A stretch of 64,000 nucleotides of DNA from contig NC_087255.1 in NCBI RefSeq assembly GCF_037042905.1, forward strand, positions 19,902,001 to 19,966,000, in the 5' to 3' direction. The position numbers and the translations under genes were made by a program. Of the stretch, positions 12,566-25,087 are shown piece after piece. The notes beneath the pieces were generated by a model. That model was not told the origin of the DNA. It saw only the letters and a list, made by a program, of their open reading frames with translations, and ran no database searches. The first letter of the stretch is position 1; every line of letters begins with the position of its first letter. This stretch comes from Lytechinus pictus. Lineage: Eukaryota.

Positions 12566-14829
12566 GTTAGTATTTTATTATATGGCACTTATACACACAC
12601 CCTCACACGCCCACACATTAGCTTTAAATTTTTAGGCCAATATGGTAGTGAGAGCCTGCAAACACAATAATAGTAATAATGATAATAATAATCTTAAAAA
12701 GAAGAAGAATACCCAATACTTGTAGATACTTCCCATCTTATCCTCAAGGCGCCTTTTCAGAGCAGTTCAGAGAAAGAAAAGACAAAAATTCCATTAGAGG
12801 TTCGACTTCGAACTTTACGTATGAGTACTTTATTGTTGTCTATCACAAGGCACATTTATACAAACCGCGTAGCCAGGAATTAATTTTTGGAGGGGCGGTT
12901 AGGGTAAGTTCACGCAAAGCGTGCCAACACTTGCAGAGCGCTCCCTAATAGGGGGAGCTAGGGTGCAGGGACGGGGAAGTATATTCCCTCCCTGTACTGT
13001 CGTCTCGCTCATATAGCACGGTATATGAAGCAGATACTTGCTAAAATTGCTTGCTGAAAAGTGGAAGAAATAGCATATGCATATGGGGCCTCGGAAATTA
13101 GCGTAGTGTTATAACCCGCTCTGACCAGAAGAACAGATATTTTGTGTCGATGCAATTAAAAAAGTACTTTTAATACTTTACACAAATGCATACTTTATAA
13201 TTTCTGAAAAAAATACACAAGGCCTATAGGAAAAAACGGAATAGAAAAATGGTGTCGAAAACAAATAGGAGAGGCAATTGCGATATTTCCCGCGTGTGGC
13301 GCGGAAGAAAATTTTAAGAGAGTGAAGAAAGTGTCGTTTTTTAATCATTTGGTCAAAAAACAAAACAATAATCTATACCCTAATATTGTTCCCCTTCTTT
13401 CGCTTTTTCAATTTCTCCTTTTTTTTAAGGACGTTTTGGGGGCGAACGCCCCTCTGCCCCCCCCCCCCCACGTCTACGCGCCTACAGTGTCTTCAGATTT
13501 CCCATGAACGTAGGATCTTAAACTTCGTTAGCGTTGGTAGCATTATGAATCAGAGATTTATTGTAACAGGGGGAAGTTCCATTGACAATATGAAAGACCA
13601 AAAGGGGCAACAAGTGAAGACTTTTCAAGACAGGGGTGATGTGACATATACTTACTGGATATAAAGTTACAATGCGCACATCTGCATTTTGTATCTTCTA
13701 CAGTTTCCCAATTTGAAAATCTGGTAAATTATAGGCTATTACCAAAACTGAGCCGCGAAGAAATAAGTGTGTGTGCCAATTTTCATGTTGTTGAGCGACT
13801 GACATATTTACTTATAAAATCCAATGTTGCGCAACTGATTTGATTTGCGACCTGATTTGCGACCTGATTTGCAAAATAATGCTCATTGGACATGGTCATG
13901 GCCGATGATGGGAGTCAAAAACAAAACCAAGGTTGCGACATGAAATTATTGATTTTCGACTAGGAATTGTGTATACTGGAAATGGCATCAATGTCTGAGT
14001 TGATGAGTTAAAATTTAGTTTTCAAGAAAGAACACCATTCTTTGGTGTGTTTTTTATCATCGGATACAGACCCATAATGATAGTTGGATGACGTTGTAAA
14101 TTCAGATGGGTATTATCCGGTAAATGAATGGGGTGATACAAAAATATATTGAGATGATATTTTCAAACACTGGGAGCACTCCAAAACCAATGTGACCATA
14201 TGGTTATTTATGTTAGACTAGTAATGTCTTCCTTGTGCGATGTTTTATTGTGTTGAGATATGAAGTGTTCAAATACTTGAAGCATTGCATTTTACAGCGT
14301 TTATCGTGATCAATGTGCATATTAGCGCGCGAGCGAGTGAACATATTTTCAGGAGTTGGACAATCGCATTTCAAGAATAACGTGAATCAAAATGTCATGT
14401 ATTTCATTGGCACAATTCAAAGGAGGGTTTTGACGAATGGCTGCTATTCTATTTTGCTAAAAGAGAGAGGTTCTATGGTATCAAATGATAGTTTACAATT
14501 AGAAAAAATCCTGTAAATTTATATATTTGTAATATCCTGAAGATTTTTCCACATGTTAACATTGGTACAGATCCATTTAAGCAAATGACAATATAACTGT
14601 CGAAAAATATTTCCGCTTGAGTGAGCACCACTTACTTTTGAAAAGTTAGTGAAAAAAGATTTGCGCAGATCTTTAAAATAGTTATGCGAATAAAAGTAAA
14701 CCTTAATCATGAAGAACACGTGGAATTTAGCTCGTAAAATTGATTTGAAGATATCTTCTACCTTTATTAACTTGTTTCCTTGCCCAAAACACTTCGAAGA
14801 GTGCATTGCACCCCACCCCACTCCCCACA

Positions 14830-15464
14830 CACCGAGGCCATCGTGACGATATTTACTTTACACTGAACTGTGATTTACATGAAACGGCTTAGGCTTGATT
14901 TTTATTTGTTAATTATTGTCAAGCTTGGGTAAAGTGTGGAGAAAAAAGTACTAAATGAAAAATGAAATGTAAACCCACTTTAAATTAGAAGAAATTAGTG
15001 AAGAATGCTGGAGATGTCTGATATAAACTTTTGTTCAGATTCAGTTATGTCCTGATCGAGATCCAGCCTGCACACAAAAAGGGTAAAAGGTTGTGCTTAC
15101 TAAGTGTTGAAATTTCAATTTGGGTGGCAAAATTGTTACAGAATGCTTGAATGTATCCGTTTTATTTCAATTGACTAAAATTGCAAGGGAAATGTATGAG
15201 AAATGTTCCGCAGAGTAAGTTTGATTTCGCCCTTTTCCCTCGACATAGCGTGAAAACGAGCATTTTTGCGCAAACAGATTTCTGCGAGCTTTACAAAAAT
15301 GGACAGGGCTCACTCAAGTGTAGCATTCTGTCAAAACTTTTACTTTCATTGTAAAGATGAGACCCAAACCCAAGAATATATGTGAAAAAAATTACCCACA
15401 TGCTGTATATTTTTTAATTCCCATGGCTTTTTCAATGTGTAAACTTTTTTTTTGATACGCACTG
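14830..15464. mobile_element. Truncated Tc1/mariner-type element upstream of V3
   Basis: Ends ...TTTGATACGCACTG-TA. Left boundary approximate; no partner TIR found. Confidence 0.45.
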
Positions 15465-15672
15465 TATATTCGAACCGCTACATCTCGGGCAAAATGTTTA
15501 GTGTATGTCTGTCGCACACACGAGTCTAGCCATATTTTTGACATTATTGTGAGTAATCGGTTCATTGTATGATTATCAACATATCTTTATGAGGTCAAAT
15601 ATTTGCATTATCGGTGTACGCGGGTTTATGCACTTCCCGCTGGTATCAGAATGAGCACGAACTGTTGCAACA

Positions 15673-16515
15673 ATGGCTGCTCTCACAATTATTGTTCTTC
15701 TGCTTGGATTTCTACAAGTCTCTCGAGGAAGCAATGTTCTGATTTTTAGTGGCTACGGTGAAGGAAGTCATTTTATGTCTGCTGCTCTTGTTGGAAAGGA
15801 GCTTATGCGTCGTGGCCATAATGTCACTGCAATAATAAGCAATGCTTACGAGTACAGAGCAAACGAATCCAGATACAAGGATTTCAACTTTGAAATATTT
15901 AAGCACAATGTTCCTCCTGAGGAAGTTCGGCTCCGCCGAGAGCGTTCCAAAGAGTCGATATTTAATAGAACCTTATACAAGGAGGTCAATTTCGTCAGAT
16001 CATCCATAATGAATCGACTTCTTGATGATTGCCAAGCGTTGTTCGATGACAAGCCACTTCTACGAAGACTCCTGCAAGCAAAGTTCGATGTTGCTTTCAT
16101 TAATCCTATTTGGCCGTGCTCGTTGCTTGTTGCTGAGTATGCCGCCAAGAGACACGTGTCCTTTATGGCTACCACTTGGATGAACAACGTTCCTCGCTTG
16201 AATGGAAATCCTTCAAACACTGCCTTCGTTCCAGAGTGGAGCACTGGTTTCACGAATAAAATGACATTTATCCAGAGGGTTATCAACAACTTTGCAGCCA
16301 TGCTTTCGGTATGGATAACTTCTTCTTCTGATTCTCACACCGCTATCCAACATGCTAACGGGATATGCCCTGATCTTTGGACCTCGCAGCTTTACCAGAG
16401 GTCACAACTGCTTCTGCTTAATGTGGATTTCGCTCTAGAGTTTCCGGTCCCAGTCATGCCACATCTAATACCGGTTGGTGGCCTGTCTACTGGACCAGCA
16501 GATGATTTAAGTAAG
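15673..16515 (+). CDS. UGT: UGT variable exon V3 (281 codons; 523 aa with constant exons)
   Basis: Intact paralog. Ends AAG|GTCAGT, 843 nt, phase 0. Has FINP where the others have F(V/I)DP. Confidence 0.92.
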
Positions 16516-18664
16516 GTCAGTATTGTACAGTAAGATCGTGTACAAGAACACGAAGAGAATGTGATAACTCTACAAAGCACATAAAGAGCCTTACACTTTT
16601 TCAAGAAGAATTATATATTTTTTTTTTTTTTTTTTTGGGGGGGGTGTCACAGGTCGATATTTTTCTGTGACGTAAATGACTGCATACTTAAAGGGGCGCT
16701 GGACTTAGATCACAGTGGATCTCCTGTTTAAGGTTAATACATTTATCATTTCGTCATAAATACGCCTAGAAATGATATCTAAAGCTGATGAAACGTTAAA
16801 ATTAATTCAGAACTCTAAATAACTCTAATTAAGAACAGTGCCGCATAACATGTATTCGGTCGTGAATACATGGACGATGTATTATATCTCAACGTCATTG
16901 GTAAGGCAAATGACATCAGTAACTCAATTATCACTTTTATTGAAACCTGGGGAACTTAACATTTCTTATATACCGACCACTCTTCCTAAAGGTTGCTAAG
17001 ATAAGATAACCGCCATTAGTTGCGCCAGTGTAGGCCTATCTGAAGCACGTATCGATTGTATTCAAGTAATAATTGGTCCAAGGTATACAATTATAAAAAC
17101 ACACCAGTTATAAAATATTTTCACAATCAATGTACGTGGGTTTACGCACGTTTCCAATGATATCACACTATCCATTGCAATGGCTGTTTTCACGTTTACT
17201 GTTCTTCTGCTTGGATTTCTACAAGTCCCTCGGGGAAGCAATGTTCTGATTTTTAGTGGATACGGTGAAGGAAGTCATTTTATGTCTGCTGCTCTTGTTG
17301 GAAAGGAGCTTATGCGTCGTGACCATAATATCACTGCATTAATAAGCAATGCTTACGAGTACAGAGCAAATGAAACCAAGTACATTGATTTAAAGTTTGA
17401 AATCTTCAAGCACAATGTTCCTCCTGAGGAAGTTCGGGTTCGTCATGAGCGTTTCACAGAGTCAATATTCAGAGGAACCTGGTTGAGGGATATCCTTTTG
17501 AACGCTACAACCATAATGAATTGGTTTATCGACGATTGCCAGGCGTTGTTCGATGACAAGCCACTTCTACAACGACTCCTTGAAGCTAAGTTTGACGTGG
17601 CTTTCATTGATCCTTTATGGCCATGCTCGTTGCTTGTTGCTGAATACTCGGCCAAGAGACATGTGTCCTTTATGGCTACCACATGGATGAACAACGTTCC
17701 CAGCGTGAATGGAAATCCTTCCAACGCTGCCTTCGTGCCAGAGGGTAATAATGGCTTCACAAATCACATGACTTTGATCCAGCGGGCTCTGAACTGTATC
17801 ATGGGCATGGTCAATAAATGGACATTGAAGATGAGTGATTCGCACACCGCTCTCCAACATGCTAACGGGATATATGCCCAGATCTTCGGACCTCGCAGCT
17901 TTACTAGAGGTCACAACTTATTCTGCTTAACGTGGATTTCGCTCTAGAGTTTCCGGTCCCAGTTATGCCACATCTAATACCCGTTGGTGGCCTGTCTACT
18001 GGACCAGTAGATGATTTAAGCAAGGTCAGTATTGGACAGTAAGATCGTGTACAAGTACGCGAAGATCAAGGCACATAAAGAGCCTTACACTTTTCAAGAA
18101 GAATTTATTTTGGGGGCGGGGGTTGTCACATGTCGATATTTTCCTGTGACGTAAATGACTGAATACTAAAAGGGGCACTGGACTTAGATCACAGTGGATC
18201 TTTTGTTAATAAAGGTTAATACATCTATCATTTCGTCATAAATACGCCTAGAAATAATATTTAAAGCTGATGAAACTTTAAAATTAATTCAGACTCTAAA
18301 TAACTCAAAATAAGAACAGTGCCGCATGACATGTATCCTGTCGTGAATATATGGACGATATATTATATTTCACGTCATTGGTAAGACAAATTGCATCAGT
18401 AACTCAATTATCACTTTCATTGAAACCTGGGGAACTTAACATTTCCTATATACCGACCACTCTTCCTAAAGGTTGCTAAGATAAGATAACCGCCATTAGT
18501 TGCGCCAGTGTAGGCCTATCTGAAGCACGTATATCGATTGTATGCAAGTAATAATTGGTCCAAGGTATACAATTATAAAAACACACCAGTTATAAAATAT
18601 TTTCACAATCAGTGTACGTGGGTTTACGCACGTTTCCATTGATATCACACTATCCATTGCAACA
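16516..18664. repeat. Duplicated inter-cassette spacers of the ~1.5-kb UGT tandem unit
   Basis: 16516-17179 and 18025-18664 are highly similar along their length; a third diverged partial copy lies at 20010-20390. Confidence 0.9.
17180..18024 (+). pseudogene. UGT: UGT variable exon V4, disabled
   Basis: 845 nt (843+2). Extra TA at ~17871-17874 (gggatatatgccc vs gggatatgccc) and CAG>TAG at 17905-17907 in the ancestral frame. Donor AAG|GTCAGT retained. Confidence 0.88.
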
Positions 18665-19512
18665 ATGGCTGTTTTCACGTTTACTGTTCTTCTGTTTGGA
18701 TTTCTACAAGTCTCTCGAGGATGCAATGTTCTGATTTTTAGTGGATACGGTGAAGGAAGTCATTTTATGTCTGCTGCTCTTGTTGGAAAGGAGCTTATGC
18801 GTCGTGGCCATAGTGTCACTGCATTAATAAGCAATGCTTACGAGTACAGAGCAAACGAATCCAGATACAAGGATTTCAACTTTGAAATATTCAAGCACAA
18901 TGTTCCTCCTGATGAAGTTCGGCTCCGCCGAGAGCGTTCCAAAGAGTCGGTATTCAATAGAACCTTATACAAGGAGGTCAATTTCGTCAGATCATCCATA
19001 ATGAATCGACTTCTCGATGATTGCCAAGCGTTGTTCGATGACAAGCCACTTCTACGAAGACTCCTGCAAGCAAAGTTCGATGTGGCTTTTATTAATCCTA
19101 TTTGGCCGTGCTCGTTGCTTGTTGCCGAGTATGCCGCCAAGATCAGAGACACGTGTCCTTTATGGCTACCACTTGGATGAACAACGTTCCCCGCTTGAAT
19201 GGAAATCCTTCAAACACTGCCTTCGTTCCAGAGTGGAGCACTGGTTTCACGAATAAAATGACATTTATCCAGAGGGTTATCAACAACTTTGCAGCCATGA
19301 TTTCGGTATGGATAACTTCTTCTTCTGATTCTCACACCGCTATCCAACATGCTAACGGGATATGCCCTGATCTTCGTACCTCGCAGCTTTACCAGAGGTC
19401 ACAACTGCTTCTGCTTAATGTGGATTTCGCTCTAGAGTTTCCCGTCCCAGTCATGCCACATCTAATACTGGTTGGTGGCCTGTCTACTGGACCAGCAGAT
19501 TATTTAAGCAAG
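18665..19512 (+). pseudogene. UGT: UGT variable exon V5, frameshifted near-copy of V3
   Basis: 848 nt (843+5). ATCAG inserted at ~19142-19146 (aag-atcag-agacac vs aagagacac). Donor AAG|GTTAGT retained. Confidence 0.85.
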
Positions 19513-19524
19513 GTTAGTATTGTA

Positions 19525-19992
19525 CCCGGGGGGGGGGGGGGAACTTCCATTGACGAGTGCATACCATGCGTTACCATGGGGATTCGAAAAGCATCCCAAA
19601 CAAGTATTTTCCACCCCTTAACAAGTATTGGCGTATGAAACCCTACCCTTAACAAGTATTGGAAACAAAACGGTACGCTTGACAAGTATTCATTAAATTT
19701 ACCCCCTAAACAAGTATAACGATATCTTGTTATATCACGGACGTGATCACGGGCGGTGGCTTTACCTTGACTTGTATTGGGTTTAGTACCACCCCATACA
19801 CCTCGCTCAAATCGGACCCTAAACACGAGTGTTGGACCAAAAAAGTACATCCTTTTTAAAAGTATTTTAGTCTTTTCATACCCTCGCAAATCGGTCCGTA
19901 ACCACGTAGTTTTCCCAGCAAAATGTATTACCCTTTTACATTATTTTAGTGTTTTTTACACCCTTATTACGTTACGAGCGTAACGTGCCCTA
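19525..19992. mobile_element. Truncated copy of the CCCGGG-ended MITE
   Basis: Colinear with 41401-41934; right TIR missing; starts 12 nt after the V5 donor. Confidence 0.85.
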
Positions 19993-20389
19993 TGTGTATA
20001 TCAAGAAACGTGTTAACAGGTGGATATTTTCCTGTGACGTAGATGACTGAATACTAAAAGGGACACTGAACTGAGATCACAGTGGATCTCGTGTCAAAGT
20101 TTATTTATCTTTTTGTTATAAATACATGAACTAAGAAATAATATTCAAAGCTCATGAAAATTTCAGAACTCTAAATAAGAGCAGTTGAAATGTCGATGAG
20201 GTTGTTTAATTTGTATATAGATAAATGTTCTTTATTTATCGTATAACATGTATTAGGTCGTGAAATATGGATGATAAACTATATCATATTTCAACGTCAT
20301 TGGTAAGAAAAATGACATCAGTAACTCAATTATCATTTTCACTGAAACATGGGGAACTTAACATTTCTTAAATACCGACCAGCCCCTCT

Positions 20390-20533
20390 TCATCCGCACC
20401 TCTCAGCTTGACCAAAGGTCACAACTGCTTCTGGTTAAATATTGCTTTCGCATTAGAGTTTCCAATTCCAGTCATGCCGCATCTGATACTGGTTGGTGGC
20501 CTGTCTACTGGACCATCAAACAGTCTTCCTCTG
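20390..20533 (+). pseudogene. UGT: UGT variable exon V6, 3' remnant only
   Basis: Encodes FALEFPIPVMPHLILVGGLSTGPSNSLPL then CTG|GTCAG. Directly fused to a copy of the inter-cassette spacer (20010-20390), so the start and ~700 nt of exon are deleted. Confidence 0.85.
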
Positions 20534-22537
20534 GTCAGCTTTTCATTTTTAGGTGTTTCTCTCCATTTGAACCACGTAACATTCATAACGTTTTCGCAAC
20601 ATCCTTCCATTGCATTCAATGTTTTGCAGTTACGTAGGGAAATGAATTAAACCACGGAAATATAAATTTTATACATAAAACTAATCACCCCCCTTAAGAA
20701 TTATACCGGATTGTAAATATTAAAAGGATTTGTGCATTAATGGGAAGGAGAGAATGAGGTGTCACAATTTAATCTATTTATTTGCAGCCACATAAAGTTC
20801 GTGTCAATTCAGAAGGCGCAGAGACATAAGACGTCTCAGTTCAGAATATCGCAGACAGCTGCAGGGGATGGGGGATGTGTGGCTTTTTAACATTCCAATA
20901 TAACATCTGTGACCTATTGCAGAAAAATATTACAATTAAACACAACGCGATCTAAATATCACACGTGTCGTGATTTTTAACCAATCGAAAGCGCGCATTC
21001 TGGACTTGCGAATGAAGTTAAAACGCAATGAGCTCCAGCGAGCAAGCAAAATGTCATCTTTATTACAAAATCCAAGTTTGTGATAGATTTTGACATAATT
21101 TTCAGAAATAATCATATTTCACCTTTATCCCTTTTTTTTGGGGGGGTGGTTGGTCATATTTTCGTTTTTTTAATTATCAAGACAACTCGTTCTAAAATAT
21201 ATATATCCACTTAATCAATACGAATCTCATTCGTAATTAAGTTTATGCAGGGTTCATGTATCTTATTATGACGACAGCCCGTTCTAAAATATATATTCAC
21301 TTCATTAACAGAAATTCCATTCGTACTATAGTCAAGTCCACCCTTATATACAAAAGTTTCTTAAATAAAAAGAGAAAAATAAAGAGCATAAAACTGAAAT
21401 ATTCAGTATCGACATCGGATGTTAGTTCAGTAATTTATGCTTGCTTTTCTTGAAAATATAATGCACAAAACAACGAAATGCAAATGAGGGAATCTGGATG
21501 ATACCGCTCTTCTATATATCGTTATCTGAATTATACACTATCTCTCTTTTTCTTTCCTTCTTTTTTTACAGATTTAACCATAACGAGACACTTCATCAAA
21601 ATGTTTACTTCGTTGCGATTTCACAGGTTCACGAAAGAATCAAACTTTATTTCACATCATGGTGAGGAGAAAACAAAAATATTTGTAATTCATCTGATAA
21701 AAATGCAAAGATATAGTGAGTGGATGACATCGTAGATTCCCTCATTTGCATACCGAGCGACCAGAAAGTGCATGCCTGTTTTGTGAAAATGAGCGAAACT
21801 TTCTCATTTAACATCTGACTTGGATGAGATTTTCAGTGTTAGTTATGAGCTCGTTTGATATTTTTATTTAAAAAAAATGAAATAAAAATCTGCTGTTTTA
21901 GGGGGTGGGTTCTTGCATGGACTTGCCCTTTAAGGATAAAATATAATATATTGTACATCATATTTTTAATAAGTTTCAATCCATCACTATAATCATGATA
22001 AGGGAAATGAACGTACATACGTTATTAAAGGTGTTTAAAACACGTGGGACTTAATAAGCTCAACCATTGTTTGCTATTCAAGATGCTGTAGAGGCTTTAA
22101 ACTGTTGAGCACACATTACGAACGTATACGTGCACCTTCAAAGCATTAAAGATTCATTTACATTACAATGACTTCTTTTTTCATTCACGCCATTGTCCAG
22201 TGAATCGGAATTTCTCTCTGTAAATACACCGATTCTTCTGCATGTGCTGACCCTTATCCTTCAAGAGGCGCAGTTGTGTGGGGGTTTTCGGTTTCTTTCC
22301 CCTTTCTCTCTCATGCATCACACTCTTCTGGTTTTGGTTGTGAAAGAATAATTAAGTGAAGGTATAATAGTGATTTATTTCCCTTGATGATGATGATAGC
22401 TGACAGGAGGAGTATTTGACTAGGAGCATCTGTACATTGGTTGCCTACGTTCTTGCCGTGATAAACGATATACATGTACATGGTTTAATTATCTTGGAGA
22501 ATTGAAATGCAAGATCAGTGGCTTAACTGGAGTAGAA

Positions 22538-23428
22538 ATGGATAGAACTGGATCTAGATCTCTGCGAAATAACTTTTCTTACCTCATATTTGTGACCCTG
22601 ATTGTCCTTCCACGAAGGGGATACTTCTGCGATGGTGCTAATATCTTTGTATTCGCCTCGTACGGAGAAGGAAGTCGCTTTATGGCGCCTGCTAGCATTG
22701 CTGCAGAACTCACAAACAGGGGTCACAACGTCACAGCTCTGATCAGCAACGCTTATAGCTACCGACAGGACGACGAACTGTATAAGAATATTTCTTTCGA
22801 AATCTTCACGCACAAGGTCCCTCTCGACGTCGTTAAAGAGCGTCAGCTCCGTATTCCACGAGCAGCCTTTGACAAGTCGACTTCATGGAAGTTCGACTTC
22901 GTGAGGAAAATCAACAAAATTGCAGCGGAGCACATCGAGGATTGCGAAGCCATTCTCGATGACAAGGAACTTGTCAAGCGGCTGCTCGATCGTGAGTTCG
23001 ACCTCGCAATCATCGACCAGTTCTGGCCGTGTTCGATGATCTTGGCCGAGCACGTTGCTCGTGGGCATGTCGCCATGATGCCGACAGCCTGGATGAATGC
23101 GATCGCACGCCTAAATGGAAACCCTACCATTTTCGCAATCGTCCCTGAGGTCAACACCGGGTTATCCCCGCAAATGACATTCAGACAGAGAATCAAGAAT
23201 TTCTTTCATTCATTCCTTGTCTCTTTCTCCAAGTGGGCAGTTAATAAACTCACACCTGTAATGAGAAAGTATGACATCTGCCCAGGATATTACCCATCCG
23301 ACCTCTATCAACGAGCTCAGCTGGTAATATCCAATGTCGATTTCGCTGTAGATTTTCCTATTGCTACCCAACCGCATATCATTACTGTTGGTGGATTAAC
23401 AACTAGACCTTCAAAGTCATTGTCTCAG
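22538..23428 (+). CDS. UGT: UGT variable exon V7, divergent (297 codons; 539 aa with constant exons)
   Basis: Intact ORF with GANIFVF..GEGSRF, IIDQFWPC and NVDFAVDFP. Ends ...SLSQ CAG|GTAATT, 891 nt, phase 0. Confidence 0.9.
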
Positions 23429-23806
23429 GTAATTCCCAACTAAAGGACATCTAACAAGAACATTTATATTGCTAACATGATCAGTCCATGAAATTTTCAT
23501 CATTCTGCGCAAAAGCCACATTTCAACAGCTTATATAGAATTCTATACATAAACAAGAAAACAACTTAATAATAACGTTCTGCAATATCTTAATATACTA
23601 TTAAAGCATTACCAAATTTTAAAGGTTTTGCATTAGTCATCATCCTAGAAAACACCACATGACAATCTTACTATCCCGTTATTTGCTCTGAAGTTTAATA
23701 TGCTTAAGCATAAGTACACACAATGGCAAAGCTCGTTTTTACGGGCGCGGGTTCAGAAGGGACACAGATATAGGGTGCATCTTCGGCCATGAGCCACAGC
23801 TCCCTT

Positions 23807-23960
23807 ATACCTCGGTCACATTTGCTCTACGGCGAGTCAAAAACAGCCGTTCAATATACAAACCACCCATATTATGTATTATGTAGCTCGTACATAAAAT
23901 GTTAAAACGGCTGTTTTCGACTCGCCGTACGGCCGCCGTAGAGCAAATGTGACCAAGGTA
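23807..23960. mobile_element. Short MITE
   Basis: TIRs tacctcggtcacatttgctctacggc / gccgtagagcaaatgtgaccaaggta. Confidence 0.75.
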
Positions 23961-24148
23961 TTACTTTAAAAATCCTGGACCAAACAACAAACAGAAACAA
24001 AAAGGCATTATCTAGATTTTTTAGCTTCCCTAGTGTTCCCTTCAACATATGTTCAACGTACGTTTTCTTGGGCGCAGGCTATGTTGGTGTAGTTAGTTTT
24101 GAAGTGATAACAATAGGGTGCTATGACCTATTACCGTTGCCCCCCCCC

Positions 24149-24182
<34 letters not shown>

Positions 24183-24861
24183 AGAAGATTATGATGTTGA
24201 ACAGAAGAAGGAGATGATGTATTACACAGGAAGAACGCTGTTTAAAATTTTATTCAACGCTGTTTATTATATGAATTTCACAGTAGTTGTTACAGTTTAA
24301 ACAACTATGCTTAATTTATTGAGAATTAAAATGAAAATTTAACTTCGTTGTTTGGGTTTTTTAAACAATTATTGTCAGGTTCATATGGTAAACAGCTTTG
24401 CAGATGTTTTTTTACTGCGTATATAATCAAAATACGTAAAGGTCTACCTCTACAGAAAATATAATACTTACGTTTTCCTTTCGTTGGTATATTGACCCCA
24501 TTGTAGATTTTTAAACATTCTTAGCTTAAGCACGATTGATGTGCAAATTGTTAGATCTGACGACTCCCCTAGAGTTTGATTGGCTCCGAAGTTCCTGTGA
24601 TAACTGTCGGATAAAACATCCGACAAATCCTGTCATGAAACGCTTCCCAGCTTGATAATACTATACAAACATGTATTTTTATCAATGACGAGGATAGTAA
24701 CAAATTATGAGAATATGGTATGTCCCGAATCTTTCCATATTGCAGGCTTCTTGTTTTGTTTTTGTATTTTACTTTATAAGTTATGTTTCCTACGCTTAAC
24801 CATTACTATGCAAATATTATGTTGACGATGTTTTGTATCTCTCTCTCTCTCTCTATTTCAG

Positions 24862-25087
24862 GAATTAGAAGAGTATGTCCAGAGTTCCGGGGATGACGGG
24901 ATCATCATCTTCTCGCTTGGGACCTATGTGACGTACATGAAGGAGGAGCTCATCGCTGTCTTTGCCAATGCCTTCGCGCGACTTCCGCAGAAAGTCATAT
25001 GGCAGTTCAAAGGGACACCACCGGCTGTTGTTACCAAGGTGCCCAATATAAAGACCATGGAGTGGTTACCTCAAAATGACTTGCTTG
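24862..25087 (+). CDS. UGT: UGT constant exon C1
   Basis: (CT)n tract then tttcAG|GAA. ELEEYVQSSGDDGIIIFSLGT...WLPQNDLL(G). Donor G|GTAAGG. 226 nt, phase 0 to 1. Confidence 0.95.

Noticed and set aside
7399-12670. V1/V2 ORFs read as stand-alone intronless genes running past the donor to a stop
   Set aside because: Homology ends exactly at a consensus GT donor, and such products would lack the UDP-sugar domain and TM.
22502-22537. ORF-track start for V7 at 22502 (likewise 6550 for V1)
   Set aside because: These are TTG starts; the first in-frame ATGs are 22538 and 6559.
6669-23196. Minus-strand ORFs overlapping the UGT cassettes (e.g. 6669-6929, 15846-16301, 22843-23196)
   Set aside because: Antisense shadows of coding exons; they recur only because the exons are paralogous.
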